DNA of 64,000 nt from Octopus vulgaris (Eukaryota): contig OX597833.1 of the NCBI GenBank assembly GCA_951406725.2, positions 20,336,001 to 20,400,000 of the forward strand, written 5' to 3'. Below, piece after piece: positions 1 through 13,066 of the stretch. Made by a program: the position numbers and the translations under genes. Positions within the stretch are counted from its first letter, which is position 1, and the number at the start of each line of letters is the position of its first letter. Under the pieces are notes generated by a model, which worked only from the letters and a program-made list of their open reading frames with translations, did no database searches and was not told where the DNA came from.

Positions 1-1119
1 TTGATAGGATTTGTCGTTGGACAAAAATAATTATCGGATAAAAAGATATCAGACCAAAAGATGTGGACGAAAAGACATTTGACATAGTGACGTTGGATGA
101 AAAGACATAGCACCAAGTGATTTGGCAAAAATAGAGACTAACAGAATAAGTAACAAACTTAAAAAAATAAGTACTAGGAATGATTTGATTGACTAAAATT
201 CTTCAAGGCAGTGCCTTAAAATGGTCACAGTCCAATGATTGAAGCCAGTGAAAGAGTAATACTCAAAGCAAAGCATTCCTTTGAAATCACCTACAAAAGC
301 TTGGGAGTAGTGTATTCACAGAAGAACAGTTGAAAACCCGGTAGATATTTAAATCCTTCTACATAAGGTCTGATATTATTGGTATCATGAGATAAAAATA
401 CCAAACTGTGTGAAATTGTTACCTTCCTGTACCTACAAAGTACCATAAAGGTAGCTTTTGTTCAGTAGCTGGGAGTGATTAAACATGTGTTTAACAGTGA
501 AGACTAGCCGACTAAATACTTCACTTACATTGTACTGCTCTCATATTTCATTTTTACTCCATATGAAAGTTATACAATATGTTAAACAGTTAAGCCAACT
601 GCAGGTGGCTTAATTTGTACACTGCTCCAGCATTGCACTTGATGATAGGAGGCGGGTGTAGGTGAGATTGTTACTTATGTTTACATAACAGCTGGAGAGT
701 TGTTTAAATAAGGAAGAGTGAAGTAAATGGTGTAATTTAGCCTGACAATTTCTGTGATCCTACGAATACGCATCTTGTTACGCTAGTCCTTTCCAAATAT
801 AAAAAGGGAGTAAAAGGGATTTTTTTTTTTATCTTTCTAGGAAGTGCTTAGCTGTGTGATGTTAGAAATGTAGAATATTTAGCAATGAGGAATTTCAAAA
901 GAATATGTGTCAGTCAAATTAGGATATTAACACCATTTTCTCTTGTGTAACATGGTTAGGATAGAATACAGGTCACCACGGATTATCTTTTGTTGTTTAC
1001 TTGTTTTAGTCGTTGGACTGTGGCCATGCTGGGGCACTGCTTTGAAGGGTTTAGTCGAGCAAACTGATCCCAGTAATTATATTTTTAAAAATTCTGTTAC
1101 TTATTCTAATCAGTCTCTT

Positions 1120-1350
1120 ATTTCTTTATTGACCACAAGGGGCTAAACATAGAGGGGGACAAACAAGGACAGACAAACGGATTAAGTCGATTATATTGAC
1201 CCCAGTGCGTAACTGGTACTTATTTAATCGACCCCGAAAGGATGAAAGGCAAAGTCAACCTTGACGGAATTTGAACTCATAGCGTTAAGACAGACAAAAT
1301 ACCGCTAAGCATTTTGCCCGGCATGCTAACTTTTCTGCCAGCTCGCCGCT
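1120..1350 (-). mobile_element. tRNA-derived SINE family A (AAGGCGGCGAGCTGGCAG... head); many more copies occur in the window
   Basis: Pol III B-box GAGTTCAAATTCC, shared body, 19-bp TSD TTATTCTAATCAGTCTCTT. Confidence 0.85.
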
Positions 1351-4300
1351 TTATTCTAATCAGTCTCTTTTGATGAATGACTGAGTTATGGAAATGTAAA
1401 CAAACCAACACCAATTGTGGAGTGATGGTAGAGTTACAAACACACAATCAGACATACACACATGCATACACACACACACACACACACAACAGGCTTTTAT
1501 GTTGTTTCCATTTATCAAATTCACTCAACAGGCATTGGTTGGCCCAGCACTATAGTAGAAGACACTTGCCCAAATGCCATGCAGTGGGATTGAACCCAAA
1601 ACATATGTTTGGAAGTAAGCTTCTAAACCATGCCTGTGCCTTTTAAGCAGAGGAGTGAGGAAAGCGTGGATGAACTTTTGTAGGGTGTCTGAGGACCTGT
1701 GGAATAAAGAGAGGAAGGTATTAATAGCATCCAACCAGAGGTGGACTTTGAATGTCAAAAGTTTAGAGTTTTATATTCTTAGTTTTGGCCCAGCTTCTGT
1801 GTTTACCCTACCTTCTTCATTCTGCAATCTGTATTGAAGCCCAAGGTATGATATAAAATTCCAACTAGAATCACTTTCATTTACTGAATAGGACTTAAGA
1901 AAATGAATTAATGCCATAATATCCAGGTTATTCTGCCAAATGTAATGCTTATTTATTTTCATTGTTTTGAATTAATCATGCTGTATCTCGTAGCTTCGAG
2001 ATTTTGATGATGCGATTGTATGTTTTTAGGATGACATTTTTGGTTAGGTTTGAGAAGCAGGATTTTACTAGTTTGAACATAAAACAGGTAGAATATTTTT
2101 TTTTACTCTAGACACAAGGCCCAAAATTTTTGGTGAGGGGACTAGTCAATTAGATAGACCCCAGCATGCAACTAGTACTTAATTTATCGATTTCAGTATG
2201 CAACTGGTACTTCATTTATTGACCCCAAAAGGATGAAAGACAAAGGCGACCTAGGTGGAATTTGAATTTGAACTTAGAACATAAAGACAGACAAAATACT
2301 GCTAAGCATTTCGCTTGGCATGCTAATGTTTCTGCCAGCTGCCGCCTTAAAACAGGTAGAATATTGAGGCCAGATATAATGGGTTTAAATGCAATGGCTT
2401 AGCGACTTGAGCGTTGGGCTCACAATCATGAGGTAATGAGTTTGATTCCTTGACCAGGCTGTGTGTTGTGTACTTGAGCAAGACACTTTATTTCAGGTTG
2501 CTCCAGTTCACTGGTGCCAATCTGTATCAGCTTTTGTTTTTCTCTTGGATAATATCGGTGGCATGGTGTGCATGGGTTGCTTGTGAGTCTTCCATAAACA
2601 ACCTTGCCCAGACTTGTGCCTTGTAGGAGAACTTTCTAGGTGCAATCCCATGGTCATTCAGAGGTGCAATCCCATGGTCATTAGCTTTTTTTAAGTGCGA
2701 TAGGGTTAAGGAACACAAACATGCACATGTTTTGGAGTTGTATGTATCTAGCAAGTGACTTAATTTTAAATTGTGTGTTGAAAGTGAAGTAATTACATTG
2801 TGAAAGAGCTATTCCCACAATTTACCATCATATAGACTTTTTGAATTTACTTAAAATTTAATTTATGAGGTGTTAGTTGCTGTGTAATTTTACCAGTAAC
2901 TTGATTGCATATGTGTGTCAAAAAATTTGATGTCTCATGAAATAGATTTAGTGCAAATTTAACAGCTTTGTGAGTTATTAAATGACTAGAATGGTTCTTT
3001 TATGCTATTATTGATACATGTATGTATATTTATGTATACTAGCTAGACCCATGAAAAATTATCGGAAAACATAAAAAATGTAAGCATCTGTAAACAGTGT
3101 ACTGGTGCCATGAGAAATGTTTGCATATTATGATCGTCTGTCTTTATGTTCTGAGTTCAAATTCTGCTGAGGTCGACTTTACCTTTCGTCCTTTTGGGGG
3201 TTGATAAATTAAGTACCGGTTGTGTACTGCGGTCGATCTAATTAACTGGCCCCCTCCCCACAAAAATTTCAAGCCTAGAAAAGTATATTGTGACAGTTAC
3301 AGAATATAGAAAGTAATGTAACACCAATGATTATATAATCCAACCAAAATATCTCAGTTACACAAATGTAAATGGAATTAGTATTTAACCTTAAAATACA
3401 TTGTACATATTCAAAGAACCTTCTTGGTTTAGTGGTACAGAATGTTTTTCTGGTATTCTTTTATTCTTTTACTTATTTCAGTCATTTGATAGTGGCCATG
3501 CTGGAGCACCACCCTTTAGAAGAAATAATTGACCCTTGGACTTATTCCCTGTAAACCTGGTGCTTATTCTATCAATCTCTTCAGCTGAACAGCTAAATTA
3601 CAGGGATGACGCAAACACACCAACATCGGTTGTCAAGCAATGATGGTGGTGGGACAAACACACACAGACACAGACACACACACACACACATTTATATGAT
3701 GGGCTTGGAGGTAGTGGTGATGCTGGCTGGTGCGATTTTGTGGTTTGCTGGTATGCCGAGAGAGATCCAGTGGGCCCCTAACTGGTTCCTCGATCTTAAA
3801 GGTGTAATGTGGATGTGTAATGAAGGAGCAGCTGGTATGGTGGTGATGCTGGCTGGTGCGGAGGTTTTACATCCTTTAAGGGCTTCCACACAGTTTCCAT
3901 CTATGAGATTCACTCATAAGGTATTGGTTGGTCAAGGGCTATTGTAGAAGACACTTACCCAAGGTGCTATGTGTGGAGGTGTGTGGCTTAGTGGTTAGGG
4001 TATTAGACTCATAATCATAAGATTGTGGTTTCGATTCCTGGACCGGGTGATGTGTTGTGTTCTTGAGCAAGACACTTCATTTCACATTGCTCGAGTCCAT
4101 TTACCTGGCAAAAATTAGTAATCCTGCGATGGACTGACATCCCATCCAGGTGGGGAATTTTTTCATCATGGAAGCCAGGAAACTAGCCCTTATAAGTCAA
4201 CCCGACTCAAGAAAGTAACTTTACCTTTACCTAAGGGGCGGAACTGAACCCCAAACCATGTGGTTGCAATCCAAGCTTCTTAATCACTCCAGCCATGCCT

Positions 4301-4398
4301 GCACCTTCAAAAGACAAAAAAAAAGCATAATATTTTTTGATTGTTATATTATAATTTGATCTGTTCTGTTGTGTTTCAGCATCCAGTCATCCAGCATC

Positions 4399-4560
4399 AT
4401 GGGGCCATCTTTTTCTATGATAATCTCTGCCGTGTTCTTCTCCTATATTGCTTATTCATTATGGGTAATGGTTGAGATATTTTACCCTAAACCATGTGAA
4501 GGACCACCAAAATCCTGCCTCACCTCCTACTTGGTTGTCAGACCGAAACCCACATTTGGG
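4399..4560 (+). CDS. CLPTM1L: CLPTM1L coding exon 1 ([24 protein letters not shown]...KPTFG)
   Basis: ATG at 4399, N-terminal TM segment, donor gtaagt at 4561. A ttcag acceptor ending at 4379 implies an upstream non-coding exon. Confidence 0.88.
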
Positions 4561-4952
4561 GTAAGTATAGCAACTGATTCCCCTTTCTTAATTTTCTGCG
4601 ACAGGCCGGCAGGAAAACAGCCCTTGTGAGATGGCATGACTTGAAAAGGTAACTTTACCTTTTTACCTTTCTTAATTGGAACAAAGTGAAAGGGTAATGA
4701 TTAATTAAGATCAGAAGAACTAAAATAACACAATGAGGAAACTGGTATCTACTTATTTTTATACTTTTACTTGTTTCAATAACTGGGCTGCTGCAGCTGT
4801 GCCGGGACACCACCTTGAAGGGTTTTAGCTGAATAAATTGACCCCAAACCTTATGTTTTTTTTAAAGTCTGGTACATATTCTATCAGTCTCCTTTGTTGA
4901 ATCACTAAGACATGGGGATATAAACAAACCAACACCAGTTGTTGAATAGTGT

Positions 4953-4989
<37 letters not shown>

Positions 4990-7900
4990 GCATATTTGTC
5001 TGTCTGTTTGTCTAAGATGGGTTTCCACTCAGTTTCTGTCTACCAAATTCACTCACAAGGCAATGACTTGTCTGGGGCCAAAGTAGAAGACAATTGCCCA
5101 AGGTGCTGTGCAGTGGGACTGAACCCAAAACTACATGATTGCAAAGCAAATATCTTAACCCCACAGCCATGCCTGCACTTATATATGTTTGAAATTAATC
5201 GACAACACAAAATCATTCAACTAATTTCTTGTGATTCAACCAAGAATTAGGATTTTGGGTGGTGCTGTCAGGGTTATCAGTTGAGCCTGATTTGATTAAA
5301 TTTTTCATGCCACAGATTCTTATGTACATTTCGAAATTGAAATCAAATTTGATGACTGGCATCTGTGCTAGTGGAGTGCTAAGAGTACTATATTAGCGAG
5401 ATCGTTGCCAGAGCAACAAGCTGGCCTCCGTGCCGATGGCACGTTAAAAACACCATTCGAACGTGATCGTTACCTGCGTCACCTTACTAGCACTTGTGCT
5501 GGTGGCACGTGAAAAAACATTCGAGCGAGGTCATTGCCAGTGCCGCTGGACTGGCTCCTGTGCAGGTGGCACAAAAAAAGCACCATTTGAGCGTGGTCAT
5601 TGCCAGTACCGCCTGACTGGCCCTTGTGCCGGTGGCATGTAAAAGCACACACTACACTCGTGGAGTGGTTGGCGTTAGGAAGGGCATCCAGCTGTAGAAA
5701 CTCTGACAGATCAGATGGGAGTCTGGTACAGTCATCTGGTTCTCCAGTCCTCAGTTAAATCGTCCAACCCATGCTAGCATGGAAAGTTGACGTTAACGAT
5801 GATGATGATGATGATTTCTTATTTCTGAAAGTGAAGTGGATTGGAGATTAACCCTTTAGCATTCAAACTGGCCATATCTGGCCATAGTATTCCACCTGTT
5901 TCACCTTCCGACTGGTCACATCTGGTCTTTCATGCCTATCCTACAAAGTCATTTTAAAAATAAAAACAATCACATCATCAGATGTGAATCAATAAGCATT
6001 ATGTTCGAAAACAGTAATCTCAATTCTAAATTTGATAAAATTAAGTGGTTGATCCCTCAACCCACTTCTCTTTTGATGAACATCAGCCATTTGCTATTTT
6101 CTGTTTAGCCATGCGAAGATTTCAATGCATCAATTTAACCCTTTGCTTGCCCAAAACATTTTCATAGGTTTGTCCTAAATGTCCATGCTTGTTTTCAGAC
6201 TTTTAGTTATTGGAAATTAATTTGGTTTCTTATATTCTTTCAGCTCAGACTTTACACATCCACAAGATACCTGGCTCCTAGTGAACAGGACTTAACCTTG
6301 GTCTGGGACTATCACAATTTTTCTTTAACAGAACCTACTAATGGGTAAGTATCACAAGAATTTCAGGAACAATTACCAGTTTAAGTCTTGCTATTATCAC
6401 TCAAATCAGGGTATTTAAAAAAAAACAAAACATTTATGTTTGTCAGAGGAGGAGAGCAATGCTGTTGATCTTTGCAGGCCTACTTCCTGATCAGAGGTTC
6501 AGTTTGAACAGCAGTTGATCAATGTCTTAAAAAAAAAGGATGGAAGGAAGAACTAAATTGTTGCAACAAAGCAAACTTCACTGAAGGCATTTTTTCACTA
6601 TTCTGTGTATGCGTAAATTGGATGGAGTTTATAGAGGCAGCTTTTCTGTGACCAGATGCCTTTACCCGTTTTCAAGAAAGATACTATCTTCTCATGGCCA
6701 GAAATTTTTCTGCAGAATGTTGGAAATGGCTATGTTATGGCTCATACTTCCCTATATAGATTTAGTTCTAAAAATGTCATAGTTGAGTGGTTATGGTATT
6801 GGGTTGCCAAGTTAAAGGCTGTTCATTATGCTGTTGTGTGTTTTGGGCAGAACACTTAATTCTGCATACCTCATCATCATCATCATCATCATCATCGTTT
6901 AACGTCTGTTCTCCATGCTAGCATGGGTTGGATGGTTCGACTGGGGATTTGGGAAGCCAGAAGGCTGCACCAGGCTCCAGTCTTATCTGGCAGTGTTTCT
7001 ACAGCTGGATGCCCTTCCTAACGCCAACCACTCCGTGAGTGTAGTGGGTGCTTTTTACGTGCCACCTGCACAGGTGCCAGGCGGATCACCTGGGAATTTT
7101 TAAAGACTATTACTTGGTCTGAAATGTATTGGTTGTGCCTAAATCCATCCCAAATCGTCAAATTAAACGAAGTTGAAGTTTAATTTGAATATCTCTAGGC
7201 ACAAGTGTGGCTGAATGGTTAAGAAGCTTGCTTTTCAACCATGTGGTTTTAGGTTCAGTTCCACTGTGCAGCACCTTGGGAAAGTGTCCCCTGGGTTGAC
7301 CAAAGCCTTGTGAGTGGATTTGGTAGACGGAAACTGTGTGGAAGCTTGTTGTATATTTATATACATGTATGTGTGTATGTATATTCAATGTGTGTGTTTG
7401 GCTGTGTCCTTGTCTAGATGTAAATGAGCTTCATTGCCATACAAGCAAGGCTGTTTATTTCCAGTCTTCCATGGGAAACATGTCTAGCCATGGAGAAATA
7501 TTACCTATTTCTTTACTGCCCACAAGGGGCTACACATAAGGGGACAAACAAACGGATTAAGTCGATTATATCGACCCCAGTGCGTAACTGGTACTTAATT
7601 TATTGACCACGAAAGGATGAAAGGCAAAGTCGACCTCGGCGGAATTTGAACTCAGAACATAATGGCAGACGAAATACGGCTACGCATTTCGCCCGGCCTG
7701 CTAACGTTTCTGCCAACTCGCCGCCTTTGGAGAAATATTACCTTGCTTGGAAACGGGTGAGGGTTGGTGATAGGAAGGGCATCCAGCTGTAGAAAATCTC
7801 CCTCAACTAATTCCTTCTGACCAATGCAAGCATGGAAAAGTGGTCATTAAATAGTGATGAAGATGATGATGATGATGTCAGTGTGGTAGACTATTATCCA

Positions 7901-8842
7901 AACTAGGCTCGTGGTCATAAAGTCATGAGTTTGATTCCTGAATGCACATTGTCTCCTTGAGCAAGACACTTTATTTCACGTTGCCCCGGTCCACTCAGCT
8001 GGTAAAAAATTGAGTGGTACCTGTATTTCAAAGGGCCAACCCTGTCACATTCTGTGTCATGCTCAATCTCCCTGAGAACTATATTATGGGTAGGCATGTC
8101 TGTGGAGTGCTCAGTCACTTGCATGCTAATTTCATAAGAATGCTGTCCTGTTGATTGGATCAACCGGAACCCTCAACACTGTAACTGATAGAGTGCCAGT
8201 TATCCTATCCAAGAATAGGATTATCTTTTGCATCTTTAATCCCTTGAAACCAGAGCCATGTGCCATCTGTAAGATGTTTCAAGCAAGGTAAAGTTCCTCA
8301 AGGCCAGACATGTCACAACTATCACATGAAGTCAAATAGAGAGACACACACACACACACACACATATGCATACAACAGGCTTCTTTCAGTTTCCATCCAC
8401 CAGATCTACACATAAGGCTTTGGTCAACTCAGAGCCATAGGAAAAGCATTTGCTCAAGAGGCAACACATAAAGAACCCTCACCCCCACATATATATATAA
8501 CATATGAAGGCGCAGGTGTGGCTGAGTGGTAAGTAGCTTGCTTACGAACCACATTGCTACGGGTTCAGTCCCACTGCGTGGTACCTTGGGCAAATGTCTT
8601 CTATTATAACCTCGGGCCGACCAAAGCCTTGTGATTTGGCATAGGGAAACTGAAAGAAACCCGTCGTATATATGTATATGTATGTATATATCATCATCAT
8701 TGTTTAACGTCCATTTTCCGCGCTAGCACAGGTTGGACGGTTTGACCGGGGTCTGGGAAGCCAGGAGGCTGCACCAGGCTCCGGTCCGATCTGGCAGTGT
8801 TTCTACAGCTGGATGCCCTTCCTAACGCCAACCACTCTGCGA

Positions 8843-8886
<44 letters not shown>

Positions 8887-10385
8887 GTATGTTTGTGTCT
8901 GTGTTTGTCCCTCCAACATCGCTTGACAACCGATGCTGCTGTGTTTACGTCCCTGTAACTTAGCAGTTTGGCAAAAGAGAGCAATAGAATAAGTACTAGA
9001 CTTACAAAGAATAAGTCCTGGGGTCGATTTGTTTGACTAAAAGGCAGTGCTCCAGCATGGCCAGTCAAATGCCTGAAACAAGTAAAAGAGTATATGAAGG
9101 CCATGCACCATCTTCTTAGGTTTATTCTCATTCATCTGACATTATTGTACATTATTGCCAACATTGTCATAAAGCAAGCTGCCACTTGATTGTTTTACGA
9201 CTGAATAATTTGTTGTTTTGCTATTGATTTATTTGGCATAATGTCTTGCTGTATCAGAATGTTCCAGCTTGTATCAGCTGTTGTTAGATGCTAACATCTT
9301 CTCTGCGTGTGTATGTGTGGATGTGTGTCTGTTTTGGCCAATATTGTGTACATGGTTAAGATGTAGTGTGCAGTAAAAGACATAGCCATGTAATTGATGT
9401 ATATATATATATGTATATCATCATCATCATCGTTTAATGTCCGTTTTCCATGCTAGCATGGGTTGGACGGTTTGACTGGGGATCTGGGAAGCCAGAAGGC
9501 TGCACCAGGCTCCAGTCTGATCTGTTTCTACAGCTGGATGCCCTTCCTAACGCCAACCACACCGTGAGTGTATTAGGTGCTTTTTACGTGCCACCTGCAC
9601 AGGTGCCAGGTGAGGCTGGCAATGGCCATGATCGGATTGGTGCATTTTACGTGCCACTGGCACGGAAGCCAGTCAAGGTGGCGCTGGCATCGGCCACGAT
9701 TCGGATAGTGCTTTTATATATATGTATATGTATATATATATAAGAAATATTGAATTTCTAAATCTCTCGTAGAGACATGTACGGTGGTGGGGCGATAGAA
9801 TGGTTGTATACTGTCAATCTAACAAGAACGTGACAGTAGGGGGTACACCACCGCTGTATAGCCCTAGGAAGCATCGAACGCCTCCTGATGACTTTGACAG
9901 ATTTTTGCCTGTGTCCTTATATACATTTATGAAGGGGAGACAAACACCCCCGGCTGCCGGAACTGCATCTAGGGACACGTGTTTCAGGATCGTTGTCCTT
10001 CATCAGCCTAGAGTAGCAGACACCGGTCAGCCGGTGATATTTGCCTCGACTTCGTATTTGTATATATCTATATTCAGTGAAGTCTATTCACTGATTATCA
10101 AAATAAGAAATATTGAATTTCTAAATCTCTCGTAGAGACATGTACGGTGGTGGGGCGATAAAATGGTTGTATACTGTCAATCTAACAAGAACGTGACAGT
10201 AGGGGGTACACCACCGCTGTATAGCCCTAGGAAGCATCGAACGCCTCCTGATGGCTTTGACACATTTTTCCCTGTGTCCTTATATACATTTACGAAGGGG
10301 AAACACACCCCCGGCTGCCGGAACTGCATCTAGGGACACGTGTTTCAGGATCGTTGTCCTTCTTGTTAGATTGACAGTATACAAC

Positions 10386-10435
<50 letters not shown>

Positions 10436-10674
10436 ATATATATATATATATATGTATGTATATTTGTATATATATGTGACCATGTGTGTACCGTTGGCGA
10501 TTTTTTTCCCTCTGTCTTCCCTTCTCTGGCTCTTTCCTTCTCCTATGTTTCCGACGAAGAGCTCCGCTCGAAACGTTAAACCCTCCTTCTTTCCTGAGCA
10601 TCCAATAATACTATATTTGTTCCACGTCCTCGTGTTGTTGTGATTTCTCTTTGTGTTTTCATGTTTGGATTAAC

Positions 10675-10720
<46 letters not shown>

Positions 10721-11362
10721 ATACACATATAGAGATCTGAACAGCAGGCTTTCATATGTTATATAAATATGTTCTTTATGTGTAGCCTCTTGAGCAAATG
10801 CTTTTGCTATGGCTCTGAGTTGACCAAAGCCTTGTGAGTAGATCTGGTGGATGGAAACTGAAAGAAGCCTGTTGTATGCATGCATGTGTATGTATGTGTG
10901 TGTGTGTGTGCGCATGTGTATCTATTTGACTTAATGTGATAGTTGTGACATGTCTGACCTCGAGGAACGTTACCTTGCTTGAAACCTTTGAGGGTTAGCC
11001 ATAGGAAGTGTACCTGGCCAAAGACAACCTGTCTCAACAACTTCCCTCTGACCCATGCAAGCATGGAAAAATGGACAGTAAATGATGATGATAATGATAT
11101 ATCATCATCATTGCTTTCATGTCCACTTTTCCATGTTTGCATGGATTGGATGTAGTTTATTGAGGCAGATGTTCTGTGGCCAGATGCCCTTCCTGTTGCC
11201 AATGTTCACCTGTTTCCAGGCTAGGTAATATTTCTCCATGGCCAGACATGTTTTTCATGGAAGACTGGAAATAACCAACCCCCTTGTATGACAGTGACAC
11301 TTGTTTACAACTATCACATGATGTCCAGACAAAGATACACAAAACACATATACATACATACA

Positions 11363-11406
<44 letters not shown>

Positions 11407-11423
11407 ACCCCACCATTTATTGA

Positions 11424-11457
<34 letters not shown>

Positions 11458-13029
11458 AGCGGTGCTCCAGCATGGTTGCAGTCAAAAATGACTAAAACAA
11501 GTAAAAGAATAAAAAAAAATACATACATACATTCATGCATACACACACACACACACACATGTAAAAAGCACATAGCACACCCTGTAAAGTGATTGGTGTT
11601 AGGAAGGGCATCCAGGCATAGAAGCCATGCTACAACAAACAAATTGGAGTCTGGACAGCTCCCCAGCTGGCCACCTCCTACCAACCTGTCCAGCCCATGC
11701 CAGCATGGAATATGGGCATTAAACTGTGTTGTTGAAGATGATGATATATATACATGTATAATAATAATATAATGATGAAATTATTGTGTATAGTGCTCAG
11801 GTGCATTATAACTCATCAAAGGTGCATGTACAGTACATAGAATTATGTACAAAAGTCAAGAAAGTGAACAGTTTATGAGTCCTGGTATACATGTGTGCAT
11901 GCATATGGAGTGGGGGGATATCAGGCAAATTTCAGGAAGCGTGGAGGTTTTAAAGGATGCAATGTCTTGGCAACTAACAACTGATGCAAGTAGTTTGTTC
12001 CATGCTTTGAGTGTGAAAAAATGCTTCCAAAAGTCATGGGAGCTGTGCTGTTTATATACATAATGGATTTCTTTAATTTTTTTCTCCACCAAAATCCACT
12101 CTCATGGGTTTGGTCAGCTCAAGGCTATAGTAGAAGACACTTGCCTAAGGTGCCATGCAGTGTGATTGAACCCAAGACCTCATAGTTCGGAAGCAAGCTT
12201 CTTAACCTTTCAGCCATGCTTGCGCCTCATATATCGGGAACATTGAATCAATTATCTAAGACACTTTCTTTTTACAAATCTGTGGCTTTGTTTTTCCCCA
12301 ATGAATTAAATCAGAATCAAATTAATGCTTTTATTTAAAATTTTTCTTTCTTTTAAATATTTTACAGTGTTGTCAATGTTACGCTTCCTTTGAAAACGAG
12401 AAGAAATGGTACCCTTTATGGTCATATATTTTTCTTCCTGCGAGGAAGAGACCCATTTCTTGATAAACACACTGTTCACACCCAGATACCTCTCACCAGC
12501 TATTCACTGCCCGAATCAAAAGTTGTTAATCTTTTAACAGATAAAACTCCAGTAAGTATGATTAACTTGTTTCTCAGTTGTTAGGGGCAGGGAAAATCTG
12601 TAACAGACTCCTCCCATCCACATTTTTTCTTTTTACCATACTCCAATAACACTATCGACATTACCATTGTTGAGTCAATAAAGGAATCTACTATATCATG
12701 GTCACATGCCTTGTTAGAAATAACAGCCAAATTTACTTCAGATTACATCTTAGAAAACGGACACAAGATGTGATGGCTTTTACTATAGGGCTTGTTCAAG
12801 TTTGACATGGGGTTAGCAACCACACTTGGCTACCCCACTAGTGTTGGTGTCATGTAAAAAGCATCCACTACACTCTATAAAGTGGTTGGAGTTAGGAAGG
12901 ACATCCGGCTGTAGAAACCACGCCAAAGCTGACATTGGGTGCATGGAAAATGGACATTAAATGATGATAATGATGATGATGAATCTCAGATAACTTAAGT
13001 TCTTTTGCTCTCATATGTGATACCTCACC

Positions 13030-13066
<37 letters not shown>

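Noticed and set aside
9880-9930. CTGATGA on the + strand of the retrozyme unit
   Set aside because: There is no downstream stem II/GAAA, and the motif is changed to CTGATGG in the second copy.
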